From positions 79,483-143,482 of the forward strand of contig JALSNX010000030.1 in NCBI GenBank assembly GCA_026986775.1: 64,000 nucleotides of DNA. The letters run 5' to 3'. The stretch's first letter is position 1, and each line of letters begins with the position of its first letter. The stretch comes from a candidate division WOR-3 bacterium. GTDB lineage: Bacteria > Hydrothermota > Hydrothermia > UBA1063 > CAJXJZ01. Below the pieces are notes generated by a model that saw nothing but the letters and a program-made list of their open reading frames with translations, was not told where the DNA came from and did no database searches. Position numbers and translations under genes: made by a program. Shown here piece after piece: positions 17,960 to 28,251 of this stretch.

Positions 17960-20824
17960 ATGAAATATCTGTTATTATTGTGGCTTATTGGATTTTTGAA
18001 TGCACAGGGTTATGAAGATATTGTGATAAAGGACACGATAGGATTAATAAGGGAACTTCCCAGAAGGGGAAAAGGATATAGCGTATGTATTGATACTGGA
18101 GGCAATTATGTATTCGCAGGTTATGCTGAAGAGCCGTATGATGCGTGGCTGGTGAAGTACAACTCTCAATTGCGTGATACTGTATGGATGCGGTTTTATG
18201 GGGGAGACGGGGATGATAGAATATACGATATGGCAATAGACAGCATGGGAAGTTATGTTTTGGTTGGTTATACCGAATCTTATGGTGCAGGCGGAAAGGA
18301 TGTGTGGATTTTAAAGATTGATCCTGAGAATGGTGATACGATATGGACGGATGTACTGGGTGGTGGAAATGATGACATTGCGTATGGAATAACTGTTGAC
18401 AGGGATGGGAACTATGTTATTACGGGTGAAACAAAATCATATGGCGATGATAATGGAGATTGTTTTATCCTGAAGATGAGGCCGAATAAGGACGCAATAT
18501 GGTTTAGAAGATACGGAACAGATCTGGAAGATGGCGGTTATGATATTGCCGTTGATACATCTGGAAATTATGTTGTGGCAGGACTTTATAATTTTGCATG
18601 GGAAAGTTCTTGGGGTGATGTATGGGTTTTGAAAATAGAATCTGATAGCGGTGATACTATATGGACACACAATTATGGTGATTCACAGGGTCAGATAGGT
18701 TATGGAATAGTGGTTGATGATAGTAACAGGTATGTTGTATCCGGGAAAACTTATCTTCCCGGGGCCAATGACAATGTATGGGTATTAAGGATTGATTCAC
18801 AGACAGGAGGACTGTTATGGGAGAGAAATTATGGTGCAGATGGAGGTGAAAGGGGATACAGTATTGTGCAGGATGTTGATGGGTTTTATATCATTGCCGG
18901 TTTTACTGCATCTTTCGGAGAGGGAGGACTTGATGCATGGGTTGTGAAAATAAGCCCTTCCTCCGGTGATACGGTGTGGACACATACGTATGGAACGGAA
19001 GATGACGATAGGGCAGAGGATATAATAGTGGTAAATGACAGTCTTTACATGATGTGCGGGTTTGATGCATCCCATTTTACAGCAAGAGAGATTAAAAGCA
19101 GTGATGGAACAGTATCTGATAGCATGGATTTTTCCATAAAACGGCTGGATATGGCCGCACTGGATGATAGAGGCTATGGTATTGCACTGGATTCATCAGG
19201 TTTTTATGTTATTACGGGTTATTCTGGAACCTATGAAACAGGTGAGGATGCATTGATTGTAAAGTATGATCCACAAATACATGACACTGTCTGGGCAAAA
19301 TTATATGGTGGAAGTGGTAATGATGGATGTTACGCCGTGAGTGTGGACAGAATTGGCTACTATGTTCTGGCGGGTTTTACGGAATCAGAAGGTGCCGGGG
19401 GCAAAGACTTCTGGGTTCTAAAGATATCTCCTCTTGATGGTGATACTATATGGACAAGACATTATGGAGGCAGTAGTGATGATGTTGCAAAGGGTATTGC
19501 AATTGATGATGACAACAATTACATTATTGTGGGGTACACAAAGTCTTATGGGGCAGGAGGAGGTGACCTCTGGATTTTAAAGATAAATTCTCAGAATGGG
19601 GATACTATCTGGTCCCGTATTTATGGTGGTAGTGAATTTGAAGGAGGAAATGGTGTTGCTGTGGATACTGCCGGTGATTATATAGTGTGTGGAAATACAT
19701 GGACCTATGACCCTGGAAACCTTGAAAATGTCTGGATCTTGAAAATAAATCATGAAACGGGTGATACCTTATGGACAAAGAGTTATGGGGACGAAGGGGG
19801 GCAGTGCGCTTTTGATGTGATTGTAGATAGAGACGGTAACTATGTTATTTCCGCAAAAACAACTTTTCATTACACGGATGATGTGTGGGTTTTAAAGGTA
19901 AATCCCATAACCGGGGATACATCCTGGACAGTGCATTACGGAACAGATAGAAATGAGAAGGGGTACAGTATCGCACAGGATAGGGAAGGATACTATGTTG
20001 TGGCGGGCTTTACGGACAAAAGGGGCACCAATAATCCGGATTACTATATTGGTAAAATCTCTCCTGATTCCGGAAAGTTGCTTTTTACAAGGAGATTAGG
20101 AGGAAATGGTGTTGACCGTGCGGAAGGAGTAATCGTTGACGATGACAGTTTTTATGTGGTGATTGGTTATTCAAATTCAACGTACAACGGGGATTATGAT
20201 GTTTATCTCGTAAAATACAACCCGTGGGATGAGAATCCACCAGTTATAGATAGTGTGACACGGATTGAAGATGATGATACCTACCCATACGGTCCCTATG
20301 AGATATGGGCTACAATAATGGACTCTTATTCCGGAGTAATTGAAGCGGTTTTACACTGGAAAACCGAACTTGATACATATTACAGGGATGTGGTTATGAC
20401 TGGTACACCATATAGCAAATTCAGGGCAACCATTCCAGAGATATTTACAACCATTGATAGCCTTAAATTGTTTTACTATGTAACAGCGAGAGATGGTGCA
20501 GGCAACGAGGCTGTTTCTGATACCCATGATTTTTATATCATAACAACATCTCATATAAAGGAGAAGCAGAATAACAGTGATATAGTTGTAAAAATGCCCT
20601 CCATTGTCAGAGGGAACAATTTAAAAGTATTGCTTTCCCTTAAAGAAGGCACAGAATACAGTCTGAGTGTGTTTTCAAAAGTTGGCAGGCTTGTTTGGTC
20701 AAAGCATGATGTTTTTACCTTCAAAGAAAATACTTTTCTTATGCCCGAATTTAAAAGAGGCGTTTATTTTCTTGAAATAAGGACCAAAAACAAAAGAAGA
20801 ATAGTGAGGTTTGTTGTAATTTAG
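17960..20824 (+). CDS. secreted T9SS cargo protein: SBBP-like beta-propeller repeats, one ~107-aa pre-CTD domain, T9SS C-terminal sorting domain
   Basis: Signal peptide MKYLLLLWLIGFLNAQG. About 14 repeats of ~47 aa with the pattern D.WxLK.D...GDTxWT..YGG...D.A.xI.VD.DGNYVxxG.T.SYGAGG. The C-terminal ~75 aa (SLSVFSKVGRLVWS...RGVYFLEIRTKNKRRIVRFVVI) fits a type-A Por secretion tail. Confidence 0.85.
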   Translation: MKYLLLLWLIGFLNAQGYEDIVIKDTIGLIRELPRRGKGYSVCIDTGGNYVFAGYAEEPYDAWLVKYNSQLRDTVWMRFYGGDGDDRIYDMAIDSMGSYVLVGYTESYGAGGKDVWILKIDPENGDTIWTDVLGGGNDDIAYGITVDRDGNYVITGETKSYGDDNGDCFILKMRPNKDAIWFRRYGTDLEDGGYDIAVDTSGNYVVAGLYNFAWESSWGDVWVLKIESDSGDTIWTHNYGDSQGQIGYGIVVDDSNRYVVSGKTYLPGANDNVWVLRIDSQTGGLLWERNYGADGGERGYSIVQDVDGFYIIAGFTASFGEGGLDAWVVKISPSSGDTVWTHTYGTEDDDRAEDIIVVNDSLYMMCGFDASHFTAREIKSSDGTVSDSMDFSIKRLDMAALDDRGYGIALDSSGFYVITGYSGTYETGEDALIVKYDPQIHDTVWAKLYGGSGNDGCYAVSVDRIGYYVLAGFTESEGAGGKDFWVLKISPLDGDTIWTRHYGGSSDDVAKGIAIDDDNNYIIVGYTKSYGAGGGDLWILKINSQNGDTIWSRIYGGSEFEGGNGVAVDTAGDYIVCGNTWTYDPGNLENVWILKINHETGDTLWTKSYGDEGGQCAFDVIVDRDGNYVISAKTTFHYTDDVWVLKVNPITGDTSWTVHYGTDRNEKGYSIAQDREGYYVVAGFTDKRGTNNPDYYIGKISPDSGKLLFTRRLGGNGVDRAEGVIVDDDSFYVVIGYSNSTYNGDYDVYLVKYNPWDENPPVIDSVTRIEDDDTYPYGPYEIWATIMDSYSGVIEAVLHWKTELDTYYRDVVMTGTPYSKFRATIPEIFTTIDSLKLFYYVTARDGAGNEAVSDTHDFYIITTSHIKEKQNNSDIVVKMPSIVRGNNLKVLLSLKEGTEYSLSVFSKVGRLVWSKHDVFTFKENTFLMPEFKRGVYFLEIRTKNKRRIVRFVVI

Positions 20825-20842
20825 AAAACAAGGGAGGTTTTT

Positions 20843-23800
20843 ATGAAAAGGTTAATTGTAATACTCTTCATGGTATCACTACTCAAAGCCCAGAACTTCG
20901 GGGATGTTATCCTTGAGGATACCTTTGGGCTATATACTCCGGGTTCCGGGAATGGGGTAGCATGGGATGATCATGATAACACGGTAATCATAGCAGGTTA
21001 TAAAAGGGCTCATGGTTCGGCTGTAAAAAAAGGATGGCTTATTAAATATGACCCGTTAAGTGATGATACGATCTGGAGCAGGTTCTATGGCAATTATAAG
21101 TATGACTTTTTCAACGATGTGGCTTATGATCCTTCGGGGTATTATGTGGCAGTGGGTGCTTCAGCTACATCTTCAAGTGTTGATTTCTGGATTTTGAAAC
21201 TGACTACTGATGGAAATGTTGAATGGCAGGGAATATACGGGAATCCTTCGCTTTATGATGAAGCAAAGGCAGTTACGCTTGATAGTGCTGGTGATTATGT
21301 TGTGGTGGGATATGAAAGAGATTCAGACGGTGTAGATAAAGCGGCGATTTTAAAGATAGATGCTAACACTAATGATACTGTGTGGACAAGAGTTTACAAT
21401 ACACCGGACACGAGCCGTCTTTATGATGTTTTCATTGACCCCAATGGATATTATGTAGGGGTTGGAGAGATTTACGAGGCAGGATACGGATGGAAAATGG
21501 CGCTTTGGGTGATAGCACCTAACAATGGTGACATTGTGGGCGGAGATGAATACGGCACAAGTGGGAGCAATCACAGGGGCCGCTGTGGCCTTATGAGTTC
21601 TGATAACAACTTCATTATTGCAGGCTATACGGATGTAAATGGCGACAAAGACTATGAAATTTTGAAAATAAAATATTCCGACTTTAGTGTTATATGGGAT
21701 AGCACTTATGCTATCAGCGGAGATCAGGAGGCATGGGAGATAACGAGAATAAATGAGGATGTTTATGTTGGAGGGTACTCTTCGGAAAAAGGAAATAAAG
21801 ATGGCTTTATGATGGTAATAGACGATGGATTTGGCAGAGTTGTAGATATGGACCTTAATGGTTTATCTGATGTTGATGACTGGGAAAAAAGTGTCGTCGT
21901 GTATCAGGATACCATCCTCAGTGTGGGTGGAAGCGAAAATGAGCATCTTCTTACACATATAAGGCATTCCCAGAATATCAGAGACAGTCATCTAAAAGAC
22001 CTGTCTCTGCGTATAGGTTATGAGGATAGAGCATATGCCATTGCCATTGATTCTTCTGGAAATTACATTATAGTGGGAAATACCCATTCGCCCGATGATG
22101 CAGACCACTGGCAGATACTGGCTGTAAAATACGACCCTGTACAGGATAGAGTTTTATGGTGGAAAGTTTACAGTCAGAGATGGGGGGACAGTAAAGCCAA
22201 TAAAGTTATTGTTGATAGAGACGGATATTATGCTATAGCGGGTTATACTGTAAACTCTTCGGGAAATAAAGACGTATGGGTTTTGAAACTCAATCCCAAT
22301 ACGGGTGATACTGTGTGGACAGGGGTCTTTGGTGGTGACAGTGACGAAGTTGCAATGGACATAATAGAGGATTTAAACGGTGATTATGCAGTTGCAGGTT
22401 ATACTACATCTTATGGTGCAGGCCGGGAGGATGGCTGGCTTTTGGTGCTTAATGCTTCAACGGGAGATACTCTTTATACAAAAACATACGGTGGTTCCGA
22501 GTATGATGTATTTAACGCAATAGCAGAGGATAATGGTTATTACATTCTGGCAGGTGTATCTTCCGAACTGCACGGGTGGGGTGATGACTGGATTTTAAAG
22601 GTTGATGCTCAAAATGGGGATACTGTGTGGCAAAGATACTATGGGGACCAAGAGGGTCAGATTGCCTATGATGTTATTGTGGATAGAGACGGTAACTATG
22701 TGGTAGGTGGTAAAACATATACAAATTCCACCCAAGATGATGTCTGGGTTTTAAAGATAGAGAGCGATAGCGGTGACACAATATGGACAAAGTCCTACGG
22801 AGGCTCAGATTCAGAAAGAGGCTTCAGCATAAGAGAGGATAAGGAGGGCTTTTATGTGATAGCAGGTTTCACAAGGTCATATGGTGCAGGCTCGTCAGAT
22901 TACTGGGCTTTAAAACTTGACCCCGAAAATGGTGCTACGCTGGGCCAAAAAACCTTCGGTGGTACAGGGGATGACATGGCAGAGTGTGTATCAGTGGATG
23001 ACAGCAACCATTATGTCATAACAGGTTTCTCCAATTCCACCACTACAGGTGGTTATGATTTTTACACCGTAAAAATATATCAGGGCGATAACCTCCCGCC
23101 AGTGTTTGATTCAATAACGCAACTTCCTAATGACACAACCCTGCCATTCGGGCCCTATCAGGTGGATGTTAAAATAACGGATAATCTTTCGGGGGTTGAC
23201 AGAGGCAGGCTGTACTGGAAGTCATCCGAAGATGCTGATTTTTCCTACAGTTCTTTGACATACAATACTAACAACTGGTGGGGTGCAAGTATTTCGGAGA
23301 TAAACATTACAGGAGATAGTGCCCTCGTCTATTATTATGTTGATGCTTATGATTCCGCAGGAAATTATGGAGTATCGGATACTCTCAGTTTCTGGGTCAT
23401 AAAGCCCGACACGGAGCCACCTTTAATAGATTCTCTTACACAGGTGGATAAAGACACAACCATTCCTCATGGCCCTTATGAAGTAAGGGTAAAGGCATGG
23501 GATGAATATAGGGGCGTAAACAATGTTCGTCTTTACTGGAAGGATGAGGCATCAAGTACATTTACGGAGAGTTTCATGGACAGTCTCGGTGGTGACTGGT
23601 GGGTAGATTCCATACCGGAGCAGGTATTAAACAACGACAGCACGGTGATTTACTACTATGTTATAGCAGAGGACAATGCTGGCAATACGAGTTATTCGGA
23701 TACCATTTCATTTCGGGTAATAGACCCTGACACAACGGTGCCTCAAATAGATTCATTAACACAACTTGAAAAAGACACCACCATACCGCATGGACCCTAC

Positions 23801-26800
23801 GAGGTTATGGTGAAGGCATGGGATAATTATAAAGGCATGGGCAATGTTGAGTTCTACTGGAAGAGCGCAGGAGATACTGTATTCACCGAGAGTTTCATGG
23901 ACAGTCTCGGTGGTGACTGGCGGATAGATTCCATACCGGAGCAGGTATTAAACAACGACAGCACAGTTATTTACTACTATGTTATAGCAGAGGACAATGC
24001 AGGCAATACGACTTATTCAGATACCCTTTCATTCTGGGTAATAGACCCGGATACAACTATACCTCTTGTGGATAATCTCACACAACTTGAAAAAGATACA
24101 ACCATACCGCATGGCCCCTATGAAATCAAGGTGGAGGGCTATGACAATTACAAGGGCCTTAATAGTGTAAAACTTTACTGGCGAAGAAATACAGATACTG
24201 TTTTTAATGAAAGTTCCATGATTGATTATGATTCAACACATTACTGGGTAGACTCTATACCTGAACAGGTACTTAATAACGATAGTGTTGAGATTTATTA
24301 CTATGTAATGGCGGAGGATGTGGGTGGCAACCGTGCGTACACGGATACCCTCTCTTTCTGGGTAATAGACCCTGACACAACGGTGCCTCAAATAGATTCA
24401 TTAACACAACTTGAAAACGACACCACCATACCGCATGGACCCTACGAGGTTAAGATAAAGGCATGGGATGATTATAAGGGTATGGGCAATATGAAGTTTT
24501 ACTGCAAGAGCGCGGAGGATACTGTATTCACAGAGAGTTTCATGGATAGTCTTGGTGGTAACTGGTGGGTGGATACGATACCGGAAGAGGTATTAAACAA
24601 CGACAGCACAGAGATTTATTACTATGTTATAGCAGAAGACAATGCGGGCAATACGAGTTATTCGGACACCCTCTCTTTCTGGGTAATAGACCCCGACACA
24701 ACAGTGCCAGAGATAGATTCATTAACGCAAATTGAAAAAGACACCACCATACCGCATGGACCCTACGAGGTTAAGGTGAAGGCATGGGACGATTATAAAG
24801 GCATATCAAATGTTAAGTTCTACTGGAAAAATGATGCATCTGGAACATTTACGGAGAGTTTCATGGACAGTCTCGGTGGTAATTGGTGGGTGGATTCCAT
24901 ACCTGAGCAGGTATTAAACAACGACAGCACAATAATTTATTACTATGTTGTAGCCGAAGATATAGGCGGCAATATTACCTGTTCGGATACCTTGAGTTTC
25001 TGGGTAATAGACCCCGACACCTTACCACCTGAAATTGACTCACTCACGAAGGTTTTAAGCGATACTACCTTACCTTTTGGACCCTATGAGGTTAAGGTGA
25101 AGTCATGGGATGAGTATGGTAGTATTCAGGATGTAAAATTCTACTGGAAAAACGATACAATGTCTGATTTCACAGTGGGGAATATGGCATATCTGGGTGG
25201 GGATTGGTGGGTAGATTCTATACCACAGCAGGAATTTGCCGCCGACAGTATGTCTATTCTTTACTATGTGGTATCAGAGGATAGTGCAGGCAATTCAACC
25301 ATAACAGATACCATGAGTTTCTGGATGGTAAAGCCCGACACGGAGCCACCTTTAATAGATTCTCTCACGCAGGTGGATAAAGACACGACAATACCTCATG
25401 GTCCTTATGAAATAAGGGTAAAGGCATGGGATGAGTACAGGGGCGTAAGCAATGTTCGTCTTTACTGGAAGGATGACACATCAAGTACATTTACGGAGAG
25501 TTTCATGGACAGTCTCGGTGGTGACTGGTGGATAGATTCCATACCGGAGCAGATATTAAACAACGACAGCACAGTTATTTATTACTATGTTATAGCCGAG
25601 GACAATGCCGGTAATACGAGTTATTCGGATACCATTTCATTCTGGGTAGTAGACCCTGATACAACAGTACCACAGATAGATTCAGTGACACAGCTTGAAA
25701 GAGACAATAACCCACCTTACGGGCCATATGATGTATGGAGCAAGGTAAAAGATGAATACAGGGGACTTGCTGATGTTGAACTCTACTGGAAAAAGGAATC
25801 CCAGCCGGCATTCATACAGGTTTCTATGTCAGGGACTTCAGATGACTGGTGGTACGGTAGTATACCCGAGCAGACGCTTGATACTGATAGCATAAGAATT
25901 GTTTACTATGTAAAAGCAACCGATCTGGGAGGAAATACTTCATATTCTGATACTTTGAGTTTCTACATAGTAAAACCCGATACCATGGCTCCTCAGATAG
26001 ATTCCCTTACACAGGTTGATAACGACTCAACCGCTCCTTATGGTCCCTATGAAGTCAGAGTGAAGGTGACAGACCTTTACAAGAAAGCAGGAAGTCTATT
26101 TGGTAAAGGTGTGTTAAAAGACATAAAGGACAAGGAGACATCACAAGTGAAACTCTACTGGAAACTGGAGACAGAGGCCGTTTTCAACGAAAACAGTATG
26201 GCTTATCTTGGTAACAACTGGTGGATAGACAGCATTCCAGAGGAGAGTTTCAGCACAGATAGCGTAAGAGTTCTTTATTATGTGAGTGCCATGGATGATG
26301 CCGGTAATACTTCATATTCGGATACCCTGTCATTCTGGCTTATAAAACTTGATACCGTAAAACCTGTAATAGATACGGTTACACAGATTGAAAGGGATTC
26401 GGTGCCTCCTTATGGCCCCTATGAGGTATGGGTAAATGCCACAGATAACAAAGGAGTAAAATACACAAGGCTTTACTGGAAAAGGGCATCTCAGCCGGCA
26501 TTTGTTCAGATTGATATGAACCATGCAGCAGGGAACTGGTGGGTTGATAGTATTCCAGAGCAGACACTCAATCAGGATAGCGTATTGATACTATACTACG
26601 CTGAAGCAGTTGATTCTTCGGGCAATACATGTATTTCGGACACATTGGGGTTCTGGATTGTAAGCCCTGATACAATGCCGCCTGTGATAGATTCCCTTGC
26701 TCAGATTGAAAATGATACAATGCCACCCTATGGCCCTTATGAAGTTAGAGTAAAAGTTACAGATAGTAGAAAAGGACAGGTTGTTTTCGGCATTTATAAA

Positions 26801-28009
26801 AACAATAAGCATATTGCCTTATTGAATGGTAAAGATGCATTTCTTGATAAATCAGCAGGAAAAGGTGTAGGAAGTGTGAAACTTTACTGGAAAAACGACC
26901 AGGATGCTGTATTCCATGAAAGCGATATGAGCCTCCAGAGTGGTGACTGGTGGATAGATACAATACCACAGCAGAGTCCTGCTACGCATACCATGGGTGT
27001 TATATATTATGTCAAAGCTACAGACGAGGCGGGTAATACGGCTTATTCTGATACATTGAGTTTTGTTATAGTCACACCCGATACAACACCGCCGGTAATA
27101 GACTCCCTTACACAACTTGAAAACGATACTACATTCCCGCATGGTCCGTATAATATAGATGTCAAGGTAATGGATGATTACAGGGGCGTTTCAGGTGTAA
27201 CGCTTTACTGGAGAACCTCACTGATGTCTGACTTTTCACACGATGCCATGGTTAATATCTCAGGCAACTGGTGGCATGATACGATACCGCAGATTGACTT
27301 TACCAGTGTTGATAGTGTTGAGATTTTCTATTTCGTGACTGCAGCTGACTCATCTTCAAATATGTCTGTCTCGGACACTTTGAGTTTCTGGGTAATAAAC
27401 CCCGATACCACACCACCCGAGATAGATTCCCTTACACAGATAGAAAACGACTCAACCTCTCCTTATGGACCCTATGAGGTCTGGGTTAAGGTGGTGGATG
27501 GTTATACGGGTGTGGACAGTGTTAAATTGCTCTATAAGAAACAGTCTCAGCCTGCCTTTGTAGAAAGTAATATGAGTTATGTTGCTCAGAACTGGTGGGT
27601 GGATACAATCCCTGAACAGAGCCTTCAGGCGGAAGATAGTGTAATAGTTATGCTCTACTACATATATGCCATTGATAATGCCGGAAATGAAGTCGTCTCT
27701 GATACTCTGAGTTTTGAACTGATAAATCCGGAATATCTAATAGAAGAAGGGAAGTCTATCACACAATTTGGCGTGAAAATCCCGTCCGTGTGCAGAAACA
27801 GATTGAGTTTTGTCTTTATGGCGCCGTCTTCAGATATATACAGCGTAAAAGTATATTCTGTAAACGGCAGGCTCTTATTCAATGACAGAGGAAAAATAAA
27901 GAGAGGATTGACACTCATGAATCTTCCGCTGCATAAAGGTGGTCTTTACTTTGTAAGGATAAAATTCCATGGAAAAACATACTATGGAAAGGTTCTTCTG
28001 GTAAAATGA
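20843..28009 (+). CDS. giant (2388 aa) T9SS cargo protein: SBBP-like propeller repeats plus 14 tandem ~107-aa repeats plus T9SS C-terminal domain
   Basis: Signal peptide. N-terminal repeats are as in the 17960 gene. From about aa 748 there are 14 in-frame tandem copies of PDT.xP.IDSLTQ.EKDTTIPHGPYEVKVKAWD.YKG..NVKFYWK....FTESFMDSLGG.WWVDSIPEQVLNNDST.IYYYVIAEDNAGNTSYSDTLSFWVID. The C-terminus (YSVKVYSVNGRLLFND...GGLYFVRIKF...KVLLVK) is T9SS CTD-like. It is 18 nt downstream of the previous gene and probably co-transcribed. Confidence 0.85.
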   Translation: MKRLIVILFMVSLLKAQNFGDVILEDTFGLYTPGSGNGVAWDDHDNTVIIAGYKRAHGSAVKKGWLIKYDPLSDDTIWSRFYGNYKYDFFNDVAYDPSGYYVAVGASATSSSVDFWILKLTTDGNVEWQGIYGNPSLYDEAKAVTLDSAGDYVVVGYERDSDGVDKAAILKIDANTNDTVWTRVYNTPDTSRLYDVFIDPNGYYVGVGEIYEAGYGWKMALWVIAPNNGDIVGGDEYGTSGSNHRGRCGLMSSDNNFIIAGYTDVNGDKDYEILKIKYSDFSVIWDSTYAISGDQEAWEITRINEDVYVGGYSSEKGNKDGFMMVIDDGFGRVVDMDLNGLSDVDDWEKSVVVYQDTILSVGGSENEHLLTHIRHSQNIRDSHLKDLSLRIGYEDRAYAIAIDSSGNYIIVGNTHSPDDADHWQILAVKYDPVQDRVLWWKVYSQRWGDSKANKVIVDRDGYYAIAGYTVNSSGNKDVWVLKLNPNTGDTVWTGVFGGDSDEVAMDIIEDLNGDYAVAGYTTSYGAGREDGWLLVLNASTGDTLYTKTYGGSEYDVFNAIAEDNGYYILAGVSSELHGWGDDWILKVDAQNGDTVWQRYYGDQEGQIAYDVIVDRDGNYVVGGKTYTNSTQDDVWVLKIESDSGDTIWTKSYGGSDSERGFSIREDKEGFYVIAGFTRSYGAGSSDYWALKLDPENGATLGQKTFGGTGDDMAECVSVDDSNHYVITGFSNSTTTGGYDFYTVKIYQGDNLPPVFDSITQLPNDTTLPFGPYQVDVKITDNLSGVDRGRLYWKSSEDADFSYSSLTYNTNNWWGASISEINITGDSALVYYYVDAYDSAGNYGVSDTLSFWVIKPDTEPPLIDSLTQVDKDTTIPHGPYEVRVKAWDEYRGVNNVRLYWKDEASSTFTESFMDSLGGDWWVDSIPEQVLNNDSTVIYYYVIAEDNAGNTSYSDTISFRVIDPDTTVPQIDSLTQLEKDTTIPHGPYEVMVKAWDNYKGMGNVEFYWKSAGDTVFTESFMDSLGGDWRIDSIPEQVLNNDSTVIYYYVIAEDNAGNTTYSDTLSFWVIDPDTTIPLVDNLTQLEKDTTIPHGPYEIKVEGYDNYKGLNSVKLYWRRNTDTVFNESSMIDYDSTHYWVDSIPEQVLNNDSVEIYYYVMAEDVGGNRAYTDTLSFWVIDPDTTVPQIDSLTQLENDTTIPHGPYEVKIKAWDDYKGMGNMKFYCKSAEDTVFTESFMDSLGGNWWVDTIPEEVLNNDSTEIYYYVIAEDNAGNTSYSDTLSFWVIDPDTTVPEIDSLTQIEKDTTIPHGPYEVKVKAWDDYKGISNVKFYWKNDASGTFTESFMDSLGGNWWVDSIPEQVLNNDSTIIYYYVVAEDIGGNITCSDTLSFWVIDPDTLPPEIDSLTKVLSDTTLPFGPYEVKVKSWDEYGSIQDVKFYWKNDTMSDFTVGNMAYLGGDWWVDSIPQQEFAADSMSILYYVVSEDSAGNSTITDTMSFWMVKPDTEPPLIDSLTQVDKDTTIPHGPYEIRVKAWDEYRGVSNVRLYWKDDTSSTFTESFMDSLGGDWWIDSIPEQILNNDSTVIYYYVIAEDNAGNTSYSDTISFWVVDPDTTVPQIDSVTQLERDNNPPYGPYDVWSKVKDEYRGLADVELYWKKESQPAFIQVSMSGTSDDWWYGSIPEQTLDTDSIRIVYYVKATDLGGNTSYSDTLSFYIVKPDTMAPQIDSLTQVDNDSTAPYGPYEVRVKVTDLYKKAGSLFGKGVLKDIKDKETSQVKLYWKLETEAVFNENSMAYLGNNWWIDSIPEESFSTDSVRVLYYVSAMDDAGNTSYSDTLSFWLIKLDTVKPVIDTVTQIERDSVPPYGPYEVWVNATDNKGVKYTRLYWKRASQPAFVQIDMNHAAGNWWVDSIPEQTLNQDSVLILYYAEAVDSSGNTCISDTLGFWIVSPDTMPPVIDSLAQIENDTMPPYGPYEVRVKVTDSRKGQVVFGIYKNNKHIALLNGKDAFLDKSAGKGVGSVKLYWKNDQDAVFHESDMSLQSGDWWIDTIPQQSPATHTMGVIYYVKATDEAGNTAYSDTLSFVIVTPDTTPPVIDSLTQLENDTTFPHGPYNIDVKVMDDYRGVSGVTLYWRTSLMSDFSHDAMVNISGNWWHDTIPQIDFTSVDSVEIFYFVTAADSSSNMSVSDTLSFWVINPDTTPPEIDSLTQIENDSTSPYGPYEVWVKVVDGYTGVDSVKLLYKKQSQPAFVESNMSYVAQNWWVDTIPEQSLQAEDSVIVMLYYIYAIDNAGNEVVSDTLSFELINPEYLIEEGKSITQFGVKIPSVCRNRLSFVFMAPSSDIYSVKVYSVNGRLLFNDRGKIKRGLTLMNLPLHKGGLYFVRIKFHGKTYYGKVLLVK
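23085..27730 (+). repeat. array of 14 tandem ~321-nt coding repeats; several copies are nearly identical at nucleotide level
   Basis: For example, 23380-23640 and 25300-25560 differ at only a handful of positions (ttctgg.t..taaagcccgacacggagccacctttaatagattctct.ac.caggtggataaagacac...). Copies near the array ends are more divergent, including two with insertions (around 26060 and 26760). Confidence 0.9.
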
Positions 28010-28024
28010 GGAAAACTAAGCAAA

Positions 28025-28052
28025 CAGAGCCCCCATATAAGGGGGCTCTTTA
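28025..28052 (+). terminator. intrinsic terminator candidate after the 2388-aa gene
   Basis: agagccccc-atataa-gggggctct hairpin followed by TTTACTGTTTTA. Confidence 0.55.
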
Positions 28053-28060
28053 CTGTTTTA

Positions 28061-28149
28061 TGACACATTGCTGTGACATGAATGGTCACAGTTTAACATG
28101 TTGTTATGTAAGGAGTTTAATTCTGGGGTGTGACATGGAGTTATGACAT
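28061..28149 (+). promoter_or_regulatory. second cluster of GTGACAT-type sites (inverted repeat CTGTGAC-N7-GTCACAG; direct GTGTGACATG / ATGACAT)
   Basis: The sequence tgacacattgCTGTGACatgaatgGTCACAG lies at 28061-28091. The sequence GTGTGACATGgagttATGACAT lies at 28128-28149. These share their half-site with the 17767-17866 cluster. The cluster sits about 60-150 nt upstream of a sigma-54-like promoter. Confidence 0.5.
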
Positions 28150-28210
28150 TTTGAGTATTGATTTTATTGGTTTTAAAGGTGTTGGTTGTAAATCAATAAC
28201 TTATGTACTA

Positions 28211-28225
28211 TGGCTTGAAAATTGC
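28211..28225 (+). promoter_or_regulatory. sigma-54-type -24/-12 promoter candidate, TGGCTT-N5-TTGC
   Basis: tggcttgaaaattgc has GG and GC at exactly the consensus spacing, with two mismatches in the -24 hexamer. The GC is 27 nt upstream of the ATG at 28252, which has an AAAGGAGG RBS. Confidence 0.5.
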
Positions 28226-28251
28226 CGTAATACTGCAAAAGGAGGTTTTTT

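Noticed and set aside
23085-27730. Possible CRISPR array, suggested by the regular tandem repeats
   Set aside because: The repeats are 321 nt long. They form a continuous in-frame coding sequence with conserved protein motifs and no short direct repeats with unique spacers.
25590-27918. Multiple 60-100-aa minus-strand ORFs inside the 2388-aa repeat gene (e.g. 26330-27142)
   Set aside because: They are artefacts of the repetitive in-frame coding sequence on the other strand. Similar ORFs recur with repeat periodicity.
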